Below the pieces are notes generated by a model that saw only the letters and a list, made by a program, of their open reading frames with translations, was not told where the DNA came from and made no database searches. Both the position numbers and the translations under genes were made by a program. Positions 42,471-47,975 of a stretch of DNA of 47,975 nt are shown here, piece by piece. Within the stretch, counting starts at the first letter, position 1. The number at the start of each line of letters is the position of its first letter. Source of the DNA: Candidatus Doudnabacteria bacterium (lineage in GTDB: Bacteria; Patescibacteriota; Doudnabacteria; UBA920; O2-02-FULL-48-8); assembly GCA_019659055.1 (NCBI GenBank), contig JAIFWV010000005.1, forward strand, positions 1-47,975. The letters run 5' to 3'.

Positions 42471-44777
42471 ATGCAGGGCAAAATGAAACAAGTACTAAGC
42501 CGCGCTTTAGTGAGCTTAATTTTTTTATCCGCAGTAAGCGGAAACTTTCGAGTAAACCAGGCACAAGCCGATGCCGGAGATATTATTTTACACGCATCCG
42601 ACGGCGGATCGAGCAGCATTACGGGGACCAGATTTATTATCAACAGCGATTCCACAGCGGCTGGTGGTTTTGCCATCTCAAATCCAGATTTGGCGGAAAG
42701 TAAAGCCAGCAATGCCTTGGCTGCCCCTACCAATTATGTCGATTTGAACTTCACAGCCGCTGCTGATACTTTTTATCACCTCTGGGTGCGCATGAAAGCC
42801 CAAAATAATTCGTACACCAATGACTCCATTTTTATGCAGTTTTCGGATTCTTTGAACGATGCGGGATTGCCCGATTACCGCATTGGCACCACTGCATCAC
42901 TCATTGGATTTTTGGAGGAGGGAAGTGGAGCCGGGATTTCTGCCTGGGGGTGGAATGACAATAATTATGGTGCCTTAGGGAGCAATATTAAATTTGCGAC
43001 TACAGGTAACCACACTTTGCGCATAGAACAGCGCGAAGACGGAGTTACCATCGACCAGATTGTATTGAGCCCATCGACTTATCTCACCAGAGCTCCGGGT
43101 CTTTTGAAAAGCGATACGACACTGTTGACCGCGACCCAGGGGTCTTCCGCTGGTATCACACCGCCTCCAACGCCGACTCCAACCCCCACGCCTACTCCTC
43201 CGCCTCTGCCCACTCCGACTTCCGGCAATTTCAAAGTTTCCAACTACAACATCCGCTCCGGCGATGGCCGATGCGGAACCTCGGGAGTCTGCCCGTTTAA
43301 TGACGGCGTCCAAAACTGCACGAATGCCTCGCTTCCCATGAACGCTTGGGGTTATGGTATTCCTCAGACCGAACTTAGAAAGCTCAATGACCCGATTAAT
43401 TCCTCGGTTTTGGCACTCGCCCTCGGCGAGGCCTGGGGGTGCGGCAGTCCAACCAACGTCCAGAATGTTTTGGGCTGGAGGTATGCCTCAAGAGACTATA
43501 ACGGCACGGCTCTCGTGGCCCGCTATGGTATTTCTGGAACGCTTGCCGTGACCAATGTTTCTTGGGAAGGCGAAGCCAAATATATCTTGGGAGCGGATGT
43601 CTGCACCGACAGTGCCTGCATGGCTGTCATACGGATTTATGCCGCACATCTCGGGGCCACGGTTGGAGATATCGATACCAAAGTTCAGGTCGAAAAAATG
43701 TTAGCTTGGATAAATACTCAGCCTCATGCCGACAAACACATTATCACTGGCGATTTGAATATTTATGATGCGGAGCCAACTGTTGATTTTGCTTGTGAGA
43801 CTCCCACCGATTCATTGGCGTTGCCGGTATTCCGCAATGCTGGCTACATAGACAGCTGGGCGGCCACTCAAGGCACGGCTCTCGGTATGACTGGAACTCT
43901 CAACAAAAACGGCTGCGGCTCGCCCAATGGCGCGGCTTGGAAGCGGATCGATTATGTCTGGTCCAAAGGTCTCACACCGATGGCGACAAATTTGTTTGGA
44001 GTGGTGCCGGCGGGAGCTTATGCGTCCTCAGACCACAACGGCATCACGGCCGAGTTGTCTTACGTCCCTTCAGCGGTGGTGTTGCCTTTGTCGATCAACC
44101 TGCCAGCAGGCAACCTCGATGGCCTCAAACCCGACGGCGTGACCTTATTCGGCTGGACTTACGACTCAGATAGCTCCTCGGTTTCGAATACAGTGAAAAT
44201 ATTTATAGATCAGTCCGCGAGCTACAATTTCCAGGTCTCATCCCAACCCACGGCTATTCTCCGCAATGACGTCAATACGACCTTTGGCATCACGGGGAAT
44301 CATGGTTTTGAGTTTGTGGTTCCCGCAAATTTCCGCGACGGCCTGCCGCACACGGTCTTTGCCTACGGTATGGATACGACCTACACCACCAAACCTTCGC
44401 CGCTCGGTTTGCGATTTACTTTCACTATCCCGAGCTCTACACCCACTCCGACCCCGACACCTACCCCCACGCCAACCCCACCGCCGGCACCCACCGGCAG
44501 TTGCGTTACCGTGACACCAAGCATCCTCTCGCTTTATTCCGGAGGTCCGAGTTCGAGCTGGAAAGTAACTATCACCGCGCCCTCCACCAGCTGTACCTGG
44601 ATTGCTACCGCTGACCAGCCCTGGATTCTCCTCAATGGTCTCTCAGTAACGCCCGCAAATGGCATGGGTACGGCTGTGCTCAAAGTCGGCACGACCAACA
44701 ACACCACTGGAGTTACCAGAACCGGAACGGTGATCATCAATGGGGTAATGATCAAAATTAAGCAAGAATCTTCCTAA
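42471..44777 (+). CDS. Secreted modular protein: beta-sandwich + EEP (endonuclease/exonuclease/phosphatase) domain + BACON-like domain
   Basis: YNI, TGDLN, RIDYVW, SDH EEP motifs; PT linkers; C-terminal CTWIATADQPWI...RTGTVII. Confidence 0.8.
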   Translation: MQGKMKQVLSRALVSLIFLSAVSGNFRVNQAQADAGDIILHASDGGSSSITGTRFIINSDSTAAGGFAISNPDLAESKASNALAAPTNYVDLNFTAAADTFYHLWVRMKAQNNSYTNDSIFMQFSDSLNDAGLPDYRIGTTASLIGFLEEGSGAGISAWGWNDNNYGALGSNIKFATTGNHTLRIEQREDGVTIDQIVLSPSTYLTRAPGLLKSDTTLLTATQGSSAGITPPPTPTPTPTPTPPPLPTPTSGNFKVSNYNIRSGDGRCGTSGVCPFNDGVQNCTNASLPMNAWGYGIPQTELRKLNDPINSSVLALALGEAWGCGSPTNVQNVLGWRYASRDYNGTALVARYGISGTLAVTNVSWEGEAKYILGADVCTDSACMAVIRIYAAHLGATVGDIDTKVQVEKMLAWINTQPHADKHIITGDLNIYDAEPTVDFACETPTDSLALPVFRNAGYIDSWAATQGTALGMTGTLNKNGCGSPNGAAWKRIDYVWSKGLTPMATNLFGVVPAGAYASSDHNGITAELSYVPSAVVLPLSINLPAGNLDGLKPDGVTLFGWTYDSDSSSVSNTVKIFIDQSASYNFQVSSQPTAILRNDVNTTFGITGNHGFEFVVPANFRDGLPHTVFAYGMDTTYTTKPSPLGLRFTFTIPSSTPTPTPTPTPTPTPPPAPTGSCVTVTPSILSLYSGGPSSSWKVTITAPSTSCTWIATADQPWILLNGLSVTPANGMGTAVLKVGTTNNTTGVTRTGTVIINGVMIKIKQESS

Positions 44778-44849
44778 AAAAATTGCCAAAAACATAAGGA
44801 ATTGGTATAATAGGCGAAGCTAAAACTAAGTAATTAGGAAACAAAAACA

Positions 44850-47405
44850 ATGGATTTTTTAAATCCCAAGATCGGCCGGTCGAGCCATGATTCGGCCAGA
44901 GAGGATCAGGCTGGTGGTACTTCGGCCCACTCGGTATCCTCGCTTTTTAGTCGTTTAATCAATTATTGTTTGTTGGCCTTGGTGTTATTGATCCCGTTAT
45001 TTTATTTGCCTATAACTTCCGAAACTCGAGAGTTCAACAAACAGCATTTGATTATCCTCGGGCTGATTCTCATGTTGGTGGCCTGGGTCATCAAAATTCT
45101 AACCACCCGCTCGGTGTCGTGGGTCAAGACCCCTCTTGATTTTGCAGTACTCGGATTTGGGGCAGTCTATTTGATTTCCAGTTTTTTCTCGATTGATAAA
45201 GCCTCATCCTTCTTGGGCTATTGGGGACGATTCTCCGGCAGTGCTATTTCGGTCCTGGCCCTAGTCCTCATGTATTTCTTGATAGTAAATAATATCCGCA
45301 GTCAAAAGGTGACTCACCGGATTTTGGATTTACTGACCTTGTCTTCGGGATTGGTCTCGGTCATGAGCCTCTTGCTCATGTTCAATTGGTTTCCGTTTGG
45401 AGAGCTGGGACGATCTTTCAATACTGTCGGGAGTATGGTCGCCTTGAGCATCTTTAGCGCTCTGGCAATTTTGGTTTACCAATGGCAAATGTGGGCCCAC
45501 CCGCAAGCGTCTATGGCAAAACAGGCCTATTGGGGCGTGCTCACCGTCCTGGCTTTGGTAGTGATGTTTATGCTCAATGCCTTTATCGGCTGGCTCGTGC
45601 TCGCACTCTCTATGATCGTCTTCATGGCGCTAGGCATGGTCATGAGCCATTCGCAGTCTCAGAATTGGTTTTGGAAGCCCATGCTGGTGCTGGTGGCGGC
45701 CATACTCTTTGTCGCTTTGCAGGTTTTGCCGAATTCTATAAATCCCAGAAACATAGTCAACATAAATCTCCCGATTGAAATCCAGCTTTCCAACTCAGCG
45801 ACCTTTAATTTGGTTTCAAATTCACTCAAGGGGGGAGTCAAACCTGCGGCACTCGGATCGGGGCCAGGTACCACTGGGATTGCTTTTGGCCAAATCAAGC
45901 CCTCTGAGCTCAACAAGACCGTCATCTGGAGCCTGAACTTTGATCGGGCATCTTCGGAATTTGCCAACATCCTGATCGAAACCGGCATCTTGGGCCTGCT
46001 GGCTTTCGAGGCTGTAAGCATCCTATTCCTCCTTTATGGAATCTTTTTCCTCCTGCGCCAGGTCAATCACCCCGGCCGCATGTACGCCTTTGCATTCTTT
46101 ATGATTTGGGCCGCACTGTTTATTACTCACTTCTTCTATTTCTTCAATACGACCTTCTACTTCCTCTATTGGCTCTCGATTGCGCTGTTTATGGCTATCG
46201 TCCACTGGAATCATGCCATGGAAGAAGAAGCCAATATGAATTTTTCTTCCTCACCACGAGCCGCACTGTCATGGATGTTTGCATCCTTGCTGATGTTGGC
46301 GCTTATCTTAGTCGGAGCGTTCTTTGAAGCCTCGGTTTATGTGGCCGAAGCCTCGTACACCACAGGAGTCAAGATCTTAAACCAAGCCGATCCAGATTTT
46401 ACCCGGGCGCAAAATAATTTTGCCCGAGCCGCAAGCCTCAATCCTTACCGCGATGTTTACCATTTGGCCAACGCCCAGAACATGATTTTCCTGTCCTCGA
46501 TCGAAGCGGCCAAGAAGGAGCCAAACATCCAGCAGATTAACACTTGGATTGCCGGCGCCGTGGATCAAGGCCGACAGGCGACCGAAATCTCTCCAAGCAA
46601 AGCAAGTAACTGGTCGGCCCGAGCCCAGATTTATAATGCTATCCGGCCGTTGGGTGTGCAGGGTACTGCCAAAGCCGCGTCCGACGCTTGGCTTGAGGCT
46701 ATCAAGCATGACGACCGCAACCCGGCGCTCTATGTTCAGCTTGCGGCCGCATATGTGGATCAATCCACCGTCATAGACCCAAGTATTTTGGGTACCGGAG
46801 CCGATGCCGATCAGGACGGTCTTTCCGATGATTCCGAAGCCAAACTCAAATCAGATCCAAATAATTCCGACACCAATGGCAATGGCTTCAGCGATGGTGA
46901 TGAGGTTAAGGCCGGATTCAACCCGGCTGGTGCTGGCCGCTTGAGCGATGCTGTCCTCAAGCAATTTAGCAAGACAGACAACGCTCTCCTCAAGCAAGCC
47001 GAAGACGCTCTGAACAAAGCCATTGAATTGAAGAATGACTTGCCTGATCCATACATCGCCAAGGCCCGGGTGTTTGAGGCTGAGAAGAGATTACCAGACG
47101 CCAAGACGGTCTTGGACAAAGCCTCGGCCATGTTTCCTTTTAATCCCAACATCCGGTTTGAGCAGGGCCGTATCACATACAACAGCGGCGACCCGGCCGC
47201 GGCTGAAAAAATCTTCAATGATGTCCTGAAACTCCAGCCCAAACATGCTGATTCACTGTTCTCACTTGGTCTCATCTATGAATCCAAAGATAAAGTAAAA
47301 GCCTTGGAGTACTACAAAAAAGTCCGCGAAATCACCGGTCCGAACGTAGACCTCGACAAGCGGATCAATGACATCCAACAGGCGATAGCCGCCCCGTCTA
47401 AATAA
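44850..47405 (+). CDS. Polytopic O-antigen-ligase-like membrane protein with C-terminal TPRs
   Basis: About 12 TMs, GSGPGT, LIETGILG; TPRs; acidic DADQDGLSD/DTNGNGFSDGDE loop. Confidence 0.8.
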   Translation: MDFLNPKIGRSSHDSAREDQAGGTSAHSVSSLFSRLINYCLLALVLLIPLFYLPITSETREFNKQHLIILGLILMLVAWVIKILTTRSVSWVKTPLDFAVLGFGAVYLISSFFSIDKASSFLGYWGRFSGSAISVLALVLMYFLIVNNIRSQKVTHRILDLLTLSSGLVSVMSLLLMFNWFPFGELGRSFNTVGSMVALSIFSALAILVYQWQMWAHPQASMAKQAYWGVLTVLALVVMFMLNAFIGWLVLALSMIVFMALGMVMSHSQSQNWFWKPMLVLVAAILFVALQVLPNSINPRNIVNINLPIEIQLSNSATFNLVSNSLKGGVKPAALGSGPGTTGIAFGQIKPSELNKTVIWSLNFDRASSEFANILIETGILGLLAFEAVSILFLLYGIFFLLRQVNHPGRMYAFAFFMIWAALFITHFFYFFNTTFYFLYWLSIALFMAIVHWNHAMEEEANMNFSSSPRAALSWMFASLLMLALILVGAFFEASVYVAEASYTTGVKILNQADPDFTRAQNNFARAASLNPYRDVYHLANAQNMIFLSSIEAAKKEPNIQQINTWIAGAVDQGRQATEISPSKASNWSARAQIYNAIRPLGVQGTAKAASDAWLEAIKHDDRNPALYVQLAAAYVDQSTVIDPSILGTGADADQDGLSDDSEAKLKSDPNNSDTNGNGFSDGDEVKAGFNPAGAGRLSDAVLKQFSKTDNALLKQAEDALNKAIELKNDLPDPYIAKARVFEAEKRLPDAKTVLDKASAMFPFNPNIRFEQGRITYNSGDPAAAEKIFNDVLKLQPKHADSLFSLGLIYESKDKVKALEYYKKVREITGPNVDLDKRINDIQQAIAAPSK

Positions 47406-47410
47406 CACAT

Positions 47411-47438
47411 AAAAAAACAGCCTTCGGGCTGTTTTTTT
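47411..47438 (+). terminator. Intrinsic terminator
   Basis: AAAAAAACAGCC-ttcg-GGCTGTTTTTTT. Confidence 0.88.
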
Positions 47439-47457
47439 GCATCCGTGTCGAGTACAG

Positions 47458-47520
47458 AGATTGCTTCGTCGCCCTGCCTTAGGAGATTTCCTTGTCGCGC
47501 AGGTCTCCTCGCAAAGACGC
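47458..47520. repeat. Solo REP arm of the GIY-YIG-associated family
   Basis: GATTGCTTCGTCG...CTCCTCGCAAAGAC, inverse of the 16690-16736 arm. Confidence 0.7.
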
Positions 47521-47548
47521 TGGTGATTTACTATGTTAAACTTAATCT

Positions 47549-47975
47549 ATGGATATCCTCGCCCACGGTCTTTGGACCAACATAATGTACAAATCACTGC
47601 CAGCCACGCGCAACGACCGAAAGACTGTGCTCTGGGGGATTTTGTTTGGGATCTTGCCGGACTTAATTTCTTTTACTCCGATCTTTGTGGTATATTTTTT
47701 TGGCCTCATCCTCGGCCGGGCGAGTGTCCGGTTTGGCCCGCCTGATTCTACAACCGCACTCTATAGTTACGCCCTCAATTCTTATAATTACACGCACAGC
47801 TTGGTGATTTGGACAGCCGGGCTACTGCTTGCGTGGCTCATCTTGCGCCGGTTCCCGTGGGTCTCCCTCGGTTGGCTCCTGCATATATTGATTGATTTAT
47901 TTACGCACCCCGACTATTTCCGTACGCCGTTTCTGTTTCCGTTATCCAATTTTCATAATCCTTACGCCATCTCCT
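47549..47975 (+). CDS. YdjM-like membrane metal-dependent hydrolase (3' partial, not in ORF track)
   Basis: MDILAHGLW...LPDL...THSL...HILIDLFTH; frame open to window end. Confidence 0.8.
   Translation, partial: MDILAHGLWTNIMYKSLPATRNDRKTVLWGILFGILPDLISFTPIFVVYFFGLILGRASVRFGPPDSTTALYSYALNSYNYTHSLVIWTAGLLLAWLILRRFPWVSLGWLLHILIDLFTHPDYFRTPFLFPLSNFHNPYAIS

Overview
Chromosomal window from a Patescibacteria (CPR) bacterium; the gene set suggests a Parcubacteria/Doudnabacteria-like lineage, but that is inference. Ordinary content: the end of an alpha-2-macroglobulin gene, MEMO/AmmeMemoRadiSam B, GtrA, rpmF-nusB, a lamin-tail surface protein, HU, a very large S-layer-like gene, a serine beta-lactamase-like protein, a two-component locus, a type IV pilus operon (pilB-pilC-pilins-pilX-pilMNO), holA, two large secreted modular proteins and four tRNAs (Pro-TGG, Gly-TCC, Arg-TCG, Lys-CTT). 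The most unusual part is a GC-richer accessory island (~2.8-13.0 kb) of about 20 mostly unknown genes. All but one are co-oriented and most have strong Shine-Dalgarno (SD) sites. Most spacers between them hold two hairpins abutting with no intervening base. Six spacers (6907-9828) share a 12-nt core MCCTTTCTYGAG, show compensatory base changes, and carry left and right arms in mix-and-match combinations. This points to an undescribed gene-cassette array with its own att-like and/or RNA-processing element; no integrase, reverse transcriptase or cas gene is in the window. Also notable: a ~410-nt structured leader before the S-layer-like gene, tRNA-fragment duplications with hairpin inserts, several palindromic-repeat families tied to GIY-YIG/DUF559 nucleases, 7-nt-periodic arms around a four-helix-bundle gene, a possible signal-synthase/kinase module before the pilus operon, and five small ORFs missing from the ORF track. 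All functional calls come from motif recognition by eye; no searches were run.
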